This document shows positions 1 to 8,980 of a stretch of 64,000 nucleotides of DNA, piece by piece; the stretch's first letter is position 1; every line of letters begins with the position of its first letter. The stretch lies in assembly GCA_963675245.1 (NCBI GenBank), contig OY775910.1:1-64000 (forward strand). The letters are read 5' to 3'. The stretch is from Acholeplasmataceae bacterium. GTDB taxonomy: Bacteria > Bacillota_I > Bacilli_A > Acholeplasmatales > Acholeplasmataceae. The notes below the pieces were generated by a model, which was not told the origin of the DNA, made no database searches, and saw nothing but the letters and a program-made list of their open reading frames with translations. Position numbers and translations under genes: made by a program.

Positions 1-621
1 TGGTGCAGCTTTTAATCCCAATTTTTTAGCAGCGATTTTTTCAACTTCTGGATTATTAGCAGCATAATTTCCGACAGCACCTGAGATTTTACAAAACTCA
101 ACATCTTTACTAGCAGCGATGAACCTTTTTTCAATCCGTTTAAAATCTGCATACCATAAAGTGAATTTTAATCCAAAACTAGTTAATTCTGCATGCATGC
201 CATGTGTTCTTCCCATGGCTAATTGATATTTGTAAGCTAATGCTTTTTCTTTTAATACTTCAAGCATATGTTTAATATCATCTTTAATGATACGATTCAC
301 TTGCTTTAAAAGCACACCATTCGCACTATCGACAATGTCAGTTGATGTTAAACCATAATGAAAATATTTTTTCTCGACACCTAATGAATCACTCACTGAT
401 AATGTAAATGCTAATATGTCATGCCTTGTTTGCTCTTCATAGCGGTCGATATCATTGATATTAAAATGACCTCCAGCAATTTTCAAATATGTTTCTTCAT
501 CAAAAAGACCTAATTGATGCCATGCATAACTTGCGGCTTTCTCAACTTTCAAATAGGCATTGAAACGATTTTTTCTTGTCCATATTTTTTTCAATTTTGG
601 ATTTGTATATCTTTCAATCAT
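1..621 (-). CDS. purB: Adenylosuccinate lyase, N-terminal part (runs off the window)
   Basis: Not in the ORF track. The reverse strand from ATG at 621 reads MIERYTNPKLKKIWTRKNRFNAYLKVE and later shows the motifs TRHDILAF, HYGLTSTD and MGRTHGMHAE. It lies directly downstream of purA. Confidence 0.95.
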   Translation of the reverse strand, partial: MIERYTNPKLKKIWTRKNRFNAYLKVEKAASYAWHQLGLFDEETYLKIAGGHFNINDIDRYEEQTRHDILAFTLSVSDSLGVEKKYFHYGLTSTDIVDSANGVLLKQVNRIIKDDIKHMLEVLKEKALAYKYQLAMGRTHGMHAELTSFGLKFTLWYADFKRIEKRFIAASKDVEFCKISGAVGNYAANNPEVEKIAAKKLGLKAAP

Positions 622-629
622 ATAAACAC

Positions 630-1898
630 CTACTCATATACATTAATAACATCTATGGTTTGCTTGCGATCAGGTCCAACAGAGAATATCGCGACCTTCA
701 CACCAATTAATTGTTCAATTTTACGTAAATAAGCTTTTGCATTTTCAGGTAATTCATCAAATGAATGTACACCTGTAATATTTTCTTTCCAACCAGGTAC
801 AGTTTCATACACTGGTTCACAACGTTCAAACAAAGTCACATCAGCTGGTATATAATCAATTTCTTGACCATCTAACCTATACTTAGTTACAATCTTAAGT
901 TCTTCTTGACCATCTAATACATCAAGTAACGTGACCGCTAAATAAGAAATACCACTTACACGTTTAGTATGTCTTAAAATGACTGTATCAAGCCATCCAA
1001 TACGTCTAGGTCTACCTGTAGTGACTCCAAATTCATTCCCTTTTATACGTATTTGATGACCTAATTCATCATTCATTTCACTTGGAAAAGGACCTTCTCC
1101 AACACGTGTTGTGTATGCTTTAGTTACACCAACAGCACCTTCGACTAACCATGGTGCAATCCCACAATTAAGTGGTACAGATGCTGCAGTTGGACTAGAT
1201 GAGGTCACATAAGGATAAGTGCCATGATCTAAACATAATAATACACCTTGTGCGCCTTCAAATAAAATACGATGACCTTTTTCAATTAATTGATTTAATA
1301 ATAGTGACGTATCACAGACAAAAGGTTTCATTTTTGCTGCAAATGTTAGATATTCTTCAAATAATAAATTCTTATCAAATGGTTCCAATCTGAATGCTAT
1401 AAACTCTGCATTTTTCTCAGGCAATACACGTTCTAAATACGCATTAAAACTTTCAGGATCAATAAATTCTGCGACTCTCAATCCCATTCTTGCTGATTTA
1501 TCTGAATAGGTAGGACCGATACCTTTATGTGTTGTCCCAATTTTACGATCACCTTTTTTTGCTTCTTGAAGCTTATCTGCTTGTAAGTGAAAAGGTAATG
1601 TCACATGTGCACGATCTGAAATAAACAATTGATAATCTTTTAAACCATCTAATTCTTCAAATAAAGCCTTCGGATTAATCACCATACCATTTGCCATAAT
1701 ATTGATATTTTTAGGATCTAATATACCACTAGGTAACAAATGTAGGCTATGCTTTTGTCCATTAAAAATAACGGTATGACCCGCGTTATTACCACCTTGG
1801 TAACGAACCACTACTTCTGCTTTTTGTGCTAAATAATCTGTAATCTTGCCTTTGCCTTCGTCTCCCCACTGTGTGCCTACAACAACAATTCGTTTCAT
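630..1898 (-). CDS. purA: Adenylosuccinate synthetase
   Basis: GTQWGDEGKGK, GGNNAGHT, FEGAQG, GTYPYVTSS and TTGRPRR motifs. Confidence 0.98.
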   Translation of the reverse strand: MKRIVVVGTQWGDEGKGKITDYLAQKAEVVVRYQGGNNAGHTVIFNGQKHSLHLLPSGILDPKNINIMANGMVINPKALFEELDGLKDYQLFISDRAHVTLPFHLQADKLQEAKKGDRKIGTTHKGIGPTYSDKSARMGLRVAEFIDPESFNAYLERVLPEKNAEFIAFRLEPFDKNLLFEEYLTFAAKMKPFVCDTSLLLNQLIEKGHRILFEGAQGVLLCLDHGTYPYVTSSSPTAASVPLNCGIAPWLVEGAVGVTKAYTTRVGEGPFPSEMNDELGHQIRIKGNEFGVTTGRPRRIGWLDTVILRHTKRVSGISYLAVTLLDVLDGQEELKIVTKYRLDGQEIDYIPADVTLFERCEPVYETVPGWKENITGVHSFDELPENAKAYLRKIEQLIGVKVAIFSVGPDRKQTIDVINVYE

Positions 1899-1961
1899 AG
1901 TTACCTCTTCTTAATTTTTTTTCAATAAAAAAAGACTTATCCGTGATTAAATTACACGATG

Positions 1962-1990
1962 ATTTTAGCATAATAGGCATGTTTAGTCAA
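1962..1990 (-). promoter_or_regulatory. Sigma70-type promoter for purA-purB
   Basis: Minus strand TTGACT (1985-1990), 17 bp, then TAAAAT (1962-1967) with an extended TG. Confidence 0.6.
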
Positions 1991-2011
1991 CGTCATATTT
2001 TATTGTAAAAC

Positions 2012-2042
2012 AATAAACCCGAGGATTTACCTCGGGTTTATT
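2012..2042 (-). terminator. Intrinsic terminator after nfo
   Basis: 13-bp inverted repeat AATAAACCCGAGG-ATTTA-CCTCGGGTTTATT at the nfo stop. Confidence 0.8.
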
Positions 2043-2935
2043 TACTGTACTTTGGCTTTTAGTTTATCGATAAGTTCTTCATCAAATACTTTGGAGCGAA
2101 TCATCTCAATTTCTTCTAAGTATGGTGGATTACCTTCCACATAAGGTGTTTCAAGAATTTTGGGAATATGCTCAAAATCCGGATGGTAAATTACACCCAT
2201 TAATGCCTCAAATCCTATATGACCAAATCCAAAATTTTCGTGTCTGTCTTTTGCTGCACCACAAATATTTTTTGAATCATTAACGTGAAATACGGAAATA
2301 TAAGTTTTACCGATAACATCATCAAAATGCTTCATAACGCCATTAAAATCATTTTTAATATCATATCCTGCATCATGTGTATGACAAGTATCGAAACAAA
2401 CACTAATACGTTCTTTATTGTCAACGAGATCAATAATCGCTTTTAATTCTTCAAATGTTTTCCCCATTTCATTGCCTTTACCAGCCATGGTTTCTAGTGC
2501 GATTTTGACATTTAAATCTTTTGTGTTTTCAATGACTTGAATTAAACCTTCAGCAATCCATTTGGTTGCTTGTTCTCTATCCTTACCGACAGCACTACCT
2601 GGATGTAAGACAATTTGAGTGGCATGCATTGCTGCAGAACGTTTAATTTCTTCTGTCAAAAAGCGAATAGCAAAAGCTCTTTTTTCTTCATCAGGATTAC
2701 ATAAATTCATAATATAAGGGGCATGAACCACAACATCATTTTGATCAAGTCCATGTTCTTTCATATAAGATAATGCTTCATCAATATTAAGACGATCAAG
2801 TGATTTTCTAATAGTATTTTGAGGTGCTCCTGTGTAAACCATAAATGCTGTTTCTTTATAGCTTAACGCTTCTTTGACAGATCCTAAAAACATATCGTCA
2901 CCAGACATTTTAACGTGACTTCCGATTTTTAGCAT
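2042..2935 (-). CDS. nfo: Endonuclease IV
   Basis: HAPYIMNL, LETMAGKG, CFDTCH, HVNDSK and DRHEN motifs. Start moved to MLKIGSHV, which has a GGAGG RBS. Confidence 0.95.
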   Translation of the reverse strand: MLKIGSHVKMSGDDMFLGSVKEALSYKETAFMVYTGAPQNTIRKSLDRLNIDEALSYMKEHGLDQNDVVVHAPYIMNLCNPDEEKRAFAIRFLTEEIKRSAAMHATQIVLHPGSAVGKDREQATKWIAEGLIQVIENTKDLNVKIALETMAGKGNEMGKTFEELKAIIDLVDNKERISVCFDTCHTHDAGYDIKNDFNGVMKHFDDVIGKTYISVFHVNDSKNICGAAKDRHENFGFGHIGFEALMGVIYHPDFEHIPKILETPYVEGNPPYLEEIEMIRSKVFDEELIDKLKAKVQ

Positions 2936-4160
2936 TATTTGACTTCCTCCTTGTATCACTAATTGCTTTTTTAACAGCAATTTTATTTTTCTTTTTATAA
3001 TTAGGTTTAACTTTTAGCGGCTTTTTAATCTTCTTTAATGCTTGTCTTTCATCCTCAGTAAGTCCTTTTTCTTTGTCTTTTTTCTTTGAAAGTTGATTTC
3101 CGCTTAATGTATAATCAGTAAAATCAATTTTCTGTCTCAATTTTTCAATTTTACGATGATCTTTTACATCTAAAAATGTAATGACGACACCGTGTTTTCT
3201 CATACGTCCCGTTCTACCTGAGCGATGAAAATAAAACTCCAAATGATAAGGTAAATCAAAATGAATGACATGAGATGCATCAAAATCTAAACCTCTCGCT
3301 GCAACATCACTTGTGACAACAAATTGATATTTTAAATCATGAATTTCTTCTAATAATTGTTTTCTTCTTTTTGCACCAAGTTTCGCACTATATTGAGTCA
3401 CACTATAACCAGCTTCGTAAATCGCTTGAAAGACACGTTCTTGATCATCATTTTTTGATACAAAGATCAATGCTAAATAAGGATTAATATGTTTAAACAC
3501 TTCTATTAACGCACTGATCCGATCACGATGTTTGATATTGATCAGTTGATAATCAATATCAAGTTCAGTATCACTTGATGTATCTATAAAGTCATATAAT
3601 CCAAAATACGTCTTAATAAACGGTGTCATTTGTTGTGTAATAGTAGCACTAAAAAGCATGAGTTTCGCTTGTTTTAGCAAAGGTAAAATCAAATCAATTT
3701 GACTTAAAAAAGACTCATCAAACATCATATCTGCTTCATCTAAAACAAAATACTTAGCCGTTTGAATGTTTAACGCGTATTTAGTTAATGCATAATCAAT
3801 TAATCTAGATGGCGTTGCGATAACAACTTGTGGTTGATGCTTACCTAACCAATCTAGCTCTTTTTGTTTATCAGTTCCTGCATAATAAGCTTTCACGCTA
3901 ATCGTTTCATCAGCATCTTTAAGCATTTTTGCAACTTGATGGACAAGTTCGTTTGTAGGTACTGTAATTACAGCTTGAACATACTGACCTTCATGATTGA
4001 TAGCTGCTAAGATAGGCAGCAGATAAGCATGTGTTTTACCAGTTCCGGTTGGTGCTAAACCAACTAAGTGCTTTTGGTTTTTAAATGCATCAAAAACGCC
4101 CTTTTGAATTGGCGTAATTGTGTCGTAACCTAATTGTTTTAACATCTCTTTAATTTCCAT
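2910..4160 (-). CDS. cshB: DEAD-box RNA helicase (CshB-like)
   Basis: APTGTGKT, DEAD, SAT, ARGLD and HRSGRTGR motifs with a basic tail. The cshB-nfo order matches Bacillota. Confidence 0.85.
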   Translation of the reverse strand: MEIKEMLKQLGYDTITPIQKGVFDAFKNQKHLVGLAPTGTGKTHAYLLPILAAINHEGQYVQAVITVPTNELVHQVAKMLKDADETISVKAYYAGTDKQKELDWLGKHQPQVVIATPSRLIDYALTKYALNIQTAKYFVLDEADMMFDESFLSQIDLILPLLKQAKLMLFSATITQQMTPFIKTYFGLYDFIDTSSDTELDIDYQLINIKHRDRISALIEVFKHINPYLALIFVSKNDDQERVFQAIYEAGYSVTQYSAKLGAKRRKQLLEEIHDLKYQFVVTSDVAARGLDFDASHVIHFDLPYHLEFYFHRSGRTGRMRKHGVVITFLDVKDHRKIEKLRQKIDFTDYTLSGNQLSKKKDKEKGLTEDERQALKKIKKPLKVKPNYKKKNKIAVKKAISDTRRKSNNAKNRKSR

Positions 4161-4254
4161 TAAATCACCTATAATAGTATACCATTAATTCAAACAAAAA
4201 GTGATTATTTCGATTGTTTGATTCGAATCGGCTATAATAGATATAGGTGATAAA

Positions 4255-5181
4255 ATGAAAACCATAGATTTAAAACCAAGAGGATATTGTCACGGTGTAT
4301 TAAACGCACTAGCCATTGTCAAAAAAACACTGCGAGATGAAAGTTATCCAAGACCAATTTATGTGCTTGGTCAAATCGTTCACAATCAAAAAATCACACA
4401 AGCATTTAATGCGTTAGGTGTGATTAGTTTAGATGAACCTGGTAAAACAAGATTAGAAATGCTTGAACCAATAACATCAGGTACGGTAATATTTACGGCA
4501 CATGGTGTATCAGAACAAGCTATAGCACGTGCTAAAGAAAAAGGTTTAACTTATTTGAATGCGACGTGTAGAGATGTTTTAAAGGTCCATAAAGCCGTTA
4601 AGGAAAAACTTGAAGAGGGTTACAAGGTGATTTATATTGGACATCGCAATCATCCTGAACCAGAAGCTATTTTAGCGATATCAAATAATATTTTATTTGT
4701 AGAAAATGAAAGAGATGTCTTGATGTTAGAAGCATTTGATAACGACAAAGTGTTTGTAACAAACCAAACAACACTATCTCTTTATGATATAGAACCGGTA
4801 TTAAATATGATTGAATCAAGATATCCTAACTATTTATTCGATGATAAAATTTGCAATGCGACAACTGTTAGACAACAGGCTGTCATGAATCAAGATGACG
4901 TTGATTTAATGCTTGTTGTGGGTGATATTAAGAGCTCTAATTCCAATAAACTTAAAGATGTTGGTATGAAATCGAAAAACATTCCATCCTATTTAATTAG
5001 CGGTGTCGAAGATATCGATTTATCCTGGTTAGCAAGCGCTGATAAAGTATCAGTGACAAGTGGTGCTTCAACACCTACTTCTGTGACGAATGAGGTGATT
5101 CAATTTTTAGAACAATATAAAAAAGATGACCCCACAACTTGGGATCATCAGACCGTATTAAATCCTGAAGACATCCTATGA
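4255..5181 (+). CDS. ispH: 4-hydroxy-3-methylbut-2-enyl diphosphate reductase
   Basis: PRGYCHGV, IVHN, AHG, NATC, HPE, QTT, ICNAT, SSNS and GASTP motifs. Confidence 0.97.
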   Translation: MKTIDLKPRGYCHGVLNALAIVKKTLRDESYPRPIYVLGQIVHNQKITQAFNALGVISLDEPGKTRLEMLEPITSGTVIFTAHGVSEQAIARAKEKGLTYLNATCRDVLKVHKAVKEKLEEGYKVIYIGHRNHPEPEAILAISNNILFVENERDVLMLEAFDNDKVFVTNQTTLSLYDIEPVLNMIESRYPNYLFDDKICNATTVRQQAVMNQDDVDLMLVVGDIKSSNSNKLKDVGMKSKNIPSYLISGVEDIDLSWLASADKVSVTSGASTPTSVTNEVIQFLEQYKKDDPTTWDHQTVLNPEDIL

Positions 5182-6315
5182 TGTCTTTTTTGTTTCAAAT
5201 AATTTTTCTTCTCTCTTAGTAAATTGATGATAATTAAATAAATTAATATCTATTTTTAAGTCTTTTTTTAACATTAATTGTGAGAATCCTGTACCAAGTA
5301 GACGAACGGGTTTTCCTTCGAGATGCTTCTCAAATAAATCAATGATATTGGTATACAATAGTTCTCTATCATCAGTATAATCGTTGAATGTAAAGCTTCT
5401 TGTCGTTAATTTAAAATCAGAAAATTTAACTTTAATCGTGACACCTTTACACACATATTCACCTTTGACTAAACGTTGATAAGTCGTTTCAAATAAATCA
5501 TTAATGATTGGCATCATTGCGTCCAATTGATCCATATTATAATTGAGTGTCGTTTCATTAGATATGGATTGATTAATCGCATATTTATCTGGATCTACAA
5601 CATCATTTGATCTCCCCATAATGTGATCTAAATACCCATAATAAGACTCTTCAGACATCAGATTAAAAATCTTTTGTCTGTTTTCTTTTTTGGTGAAGTC
5701 TCCAATTGTTTCAATACCTAATCGCATCAGCAAAGGATATGTCTTTTTACCAATACCAAACATATCTTTTATTGGGATAGGAAATAGTTTTTCTACAATT
5801 TCTTTTTTCCTAATCACCGTAATGCCCATTGGCTTTTTCATGTCAGATGCCATTTTAGCTAAAAATAGCGTTGGACCAACACCAATAGAACAAGGTAATT
5901 GATAGGTTTTCATTAATCCCTCTTGAATGTCTTTGGCAATATCTAGTGGATGTTTAGTCTCTGCAAGTTTTGTGATATCTACATATGCTTCATCTATTGA
6001 ACCCGCTAATACTAAATCCGAATATTGATGGAGAAATTCAAAAAACAAACTTGAATACTTTCTATATAATTTAAAATCAATAGGTACAACAAGTAATTTA
6101 GGATATAAATTAAAAGCATCATTCAAACTCATGCCTGATCCGATATGGTACTTCCTAGCGGGATAACTCGCTGTTGAAACGACCCCTCTTCTAGTCACAC
6201 CTGAACCACCCACAACAAAAGGCTTTCCTTTCAAGTAAGGTTCCTTTATCATGGCACAACTACAAAAGAATGCATTGAGGTCAATATGAAAGATTATTTT
6301 TACATGCTTTTTCAT
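5176..6315 (-). CDS. dinB: DNA polymerase IV (Y family)
   Basis: HIDLNAFF, SYPAR, SIDEAY, AKMASDMKKP and VRLLG motifs. Start taken at MKKHVK. Confidence 0.95.
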   Translation of the reverse strand: MKKHVKIIFHIDLNAFFCSCAMIKEPYLKGKPFVVGGSGVTRRGVVSTASYPARKYHIGSGMSLNDAFNLYPKLLVVPIDFKLYRKYSSLFFEFLHQYSDLVLAGSIDEAYVDITKLAETKHPLDIAKDIQEGLMKTYQLPCSIGVGPTLFLAKMASDMKKPMGITVIRKKEIVEKLFPIPIKDMFGIGKKTYPLLMRLGIETIGDFTKKENRQKIFNLMSEESYYGYLDHIMGRSNDVVDPDKYAINQSISNETTLNYNMDQLDAMMPIINDLFETTYQRLVKGEYVCKGVTIKVKFSDFKLTTRSFTFNDYTDDRELLYTNIIDLFEKHLEGKPVRLLGTGFSQLMLKKDLKIDINLFNYHQFTKREEKLFETKKTS

Positions 6316-6381
6316 GAAATCACTTTCTTTCACTACGTTTTTATTGTATAATAGTAACGATTAAAACATCGAGGTGATTTT

Positions 6382-6567
6382 ATGGCTAAAAATGATTCAA
6401 AAAAGAAGATTAATCAAGAGCATCATACACATGATGGTAAAGATCGTACATTGCATAATCCTCTCCAAACATGGTGGGGTAAGGCAGTTGTTTGGATCAT
6501 GCTCATTGGCATGCTAGGCGGTATCTTATTCGCATTCATATTCGCACTTATTAGTGGCACTGCATAA
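6382..6567 (+). CDS. Small single-pass membrane protein (possibly DUF4044-like)
   Basis: GAGGTG RBS, TATAAT upstream, charged N-terminus, C-terminal TM helix, own terminator. Confidence 0.7.
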   Translation: MAKNDSKKKINQEHHTHDGKDRTLHNPLQTWWGKAVVWIMLIGMLGGILFAFIFALISGTA

Positions 6568-6572
6568 GATTT

Positions 6573-6592
6573 GGCGCAATGCGCCTTTTTTT
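6573..6592 (+). terminator. Intrinsic terminator
   Basis: GGCGC-AAT-GCGCC followed by T7. Confidence 0.65.
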
Positions 6593-8243
6593 ATGCCTTT
6601 TTTAATAGCATTTTAGCTTGTTCTATCGCAAAATGAGATAATTTTTCATCTGATAACATCATCGCAATCGCTTCAATCCGTTCATCAGTTGAGAGTTTCG
6701 TAATATGCGTAACCATACGTCCGTTTTCTTTCACTTTCGTAATGCCTAAATGATAATCAGCTCTTGCTGCTACTTGTGGTAAATGTGTAATCACCAATAG
6801 TTGCATATCTTTTGATAACCCTGACATTTTTTCTGCCACTTTTGCTGCAGTTCTGCCTGATATACCAATATCAATTTCATCTAAGACAAGCATAGAGAGT
6901 TCATTTGCTTTCGCATAAATACTCTTTAAAGCAAACATAAAGCGTGCCCGTTCACCACCTGAAGCTACTTTTGCTAAAGGTTTTTCAGGTTCACCTTCAT
7001 TTAATGAAATCATGAATTCCACTTGATCGAGCCCTGATTCATATAATTCACTCTCATTTTTATGTTTTTCATCAAATAAAATCGTAAATGTTGCTTTTTC
7101 CAAATCTAAATCTTTTAATTCCGTTATAACGTCTTTAACTAATTTAACTGCAAGTTTTTCACGTAATGCTGTCAACTTAAGACCTGCATCATAACATGCA
7201 TCAAATGCTTGATTGACTTTATCTTTTGCTTCTTTGATATACATATCATAATCGGTAATCATGAGTAATTCCGATTTAATGTCTTCATAATAAGCAATGA
7301 TTTCATCCACTGATTTTTGATATTTTTTCTCGATTTTAGCAAGTTCATAAGCACGTTCTTGCATTTGATTAAATGCCTCTTCATCAAAATCAAGAGATTC
7401 AATCGTATCATATAGTTTAGATTTCACATCATCTAACTCATAATACGCACTTGTAAGTTGATCCGCCATATTCTTATACGCATCATCAAGATGACTAATC
7501 TTTGTTAAGTCTTGACTAGCATCATAAATATGATCTATTGAAAATGAATCATTATCTATATTGACATAAGCTTGTCTTAATTGCGTCATGATTCTATCAT
7601 GATTTTTTAATTTGTTAATTTGATCTGTTAATTGTTCTTGTTCACCGATTTCGAGTTTATAAGACTCGATTTCTTTGACTTGATACGCTAAAAATTCGCT
7701 CTTTTCAAGGCTTTCTGTCTTCTTCCTGGATAATCCTTCAAAATGTTTTTTAAGCTCAAAATAACGGCTTCTAAGCAATAAATACTGATTTATTAATTGA
7801 TCGGCTTTTTTCTGATCTACTTGATCAATGAATGCTAAGTATGATGCACGTTCATATAGCGCCATCGTTTCATTTTGGGAATGAATTGATCCCATCATAG
7901 ACGTTATTTCTTTTAACTTCGCGAGTGTAGTCAAATTATCATTTATTCTAATCTGATGTCTACCATTTCGATCGACTTCTCTTCTAATCTCGACTGATTC
8001 TGGTAAATCATATGCAGAAGCTACTTTAGATGATAACAAAAAGGACCCAACGACGATCGCTTTTTCTTCACCATGGCGAATCATAGTAGCATCGCTGCGT
8101 TTACCAAATAAAAGTTGTAGAGATTCTAAAATAATCGATTTACCTGCACCTGTTTCACCAGTAAGTGCTGAAAGTCCTTCATCGAAAGTCATTTGTAAAT
8201 CATCGATTAGTGCGAAACTTGATACTTGAAGGGATTTTAACAT
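6591..8243 (-). CDS. recN: DNA repair protein RecN
   Basis: TGETGAGKS, coiled coil, ASGGERAR, DEIDIGISG and ITHLPQVAA motifs. Confidence 0.97.
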   Translation of the reverse strand: MLKSLQVSSFALIDDLQMTFDEGLSALTGETGAGKSIILESLQLLFGKRSDATMIRHGEEKAIVVGSFLLSSKVASAYDLPESVEIRREVDRNGRHQIRINDNLTTLAKLKEITSMMGSIHSQNETMALYERASYLAFIDQVDQKKADQLINQYLLLRSRYFELKKHFEGLSRKKTESLEKSEFLAYQVKEIESYKLEIGEQEQLTDQINKLKNHDRIMTQLRQAYVNIDNDSFSIDHIYDASQDLTKISHLDDAYKNMADQLTSAYYELDDVKSKLYDTIESLDFDEEAFNQMQERAYELAKIEKKYQKSVDEIIAYYEDIKSELLMITDYDMYIKEAKDKVNQAFDACYDAGLKLTALREKLAVKLVKDVITELKDLDLEKATFTILFDEKHKNESELYESGLDQVEFMISLNEGEPEKPLAKVASGGERARFMFALKSIYAKANELSMLVLDEIDIGISGRTAAKVAEKMSGLSKDMQLLVITHLPQVAARADYHLGITKVKENGRMVTHITKLSTDERIEAIAMMLSDEKLSHFAIEQAKMLLKKA

Positions 8244-8980
8244 ATAATCTCTCCTATGCGTTTATCGTAATCTGTTAAGGGCTGACGTGCTGGGTTCATA
8301 TATATAATATATTCCTGATTGCCTTTTTTCCCTTTAAGTGTTGAAGGCATCATATCAATCACAGGTAATTCAGCATTATAAGCGAATAACATCACCTGTT
8401 TTAAAATTTTTTTAATCTTTTTTACGTCTCTTAAAACACCATGTTTCATTTTGGTAGGTCCGACTTCAAATTGCGGTTTCACCAGACCTAAAATAATACC
8501 TTTAAATCCTTTGATATGTTGCAATATAGCAGTGATTGATATGAAAGATACATCTATAACAATGATATCTGCTTGAGGTATAGTAACATCTAAAAAGTTG
8601 GTTTCTTCAAAAGCACTCACACGACTGTCTGATTTAAGTGTCGGATCAAGTTGATTGATACCCACATCATATGCATAAACATGTTTCGCACCATATTTTA
8701 ATGATACATCCGTAAAACCACCTGTTGATGAACCGACATCAATGACGATTTTATCTTTAAAATCGACACTGAAATAATCGATAGCACCTGCAAGTTTTTC
8801 ACCACCACGACCAACATATTTAATTTCAGAGATGATCTTCACGATGTCATCAGTAATCATTTGTCCAGTTTTTTTAGCTACCTCACCATTGACTGTCACT
8901 AATTTTCTTCTGATTAAATCTGATGCCTTACTTCTCGTCTTTACCATACCTTGATCAACTAAATATTGATCGAGTCTCAC
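8237..8980 (-). CDS. tlyA: TlyA-family rRNA 2'-O-methyltransferase
   Basis: S4 domain MRLDQYLV, RGGEKL, DVGSSTGGFTD, DVSFIS and KPQFE motifs. Confidence 0.95.
   Translation of the reverse strand: MRLDQYLVDQGMVKTRSKASDLIRRKLVTVNGEVAKKTGQMITDDIVKIISEIKYVGRGGEKLAGAIDYFSVDFKDKIVIDVGSSTGGFTDVSLKYGAKHVYAYDVGINQLDPTLKSDSRVSAFEETNFLDVTIPQADIIVIDVSFISITAILQHIKGFKGIILGLVKPQFEVGPTKMKHGVLRDVKKIKKILKQVMLFAYNAELPVIDMMPSTLKGKKGNQEYIIYMNPARQPLTDYDKRIGEIIC

Noticed and set aside
1899..1961. Possible purine riboswitch or attenuator before purA (CGTG...CACG hairpin followed by a T-tract on the minus strand)
   Set aside because: The purine-riboswitch core is absent, the leader is only about 55 nt, and the stem is weak and separated from the T-tract.
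6316..6381. LexA/SOS box upstream of dinB
   Set aside because: No GAAC-N4-GTTC is present. The GAAC...GTTC at 37097-37120 has the wrong spacing and belongs to a terminator.
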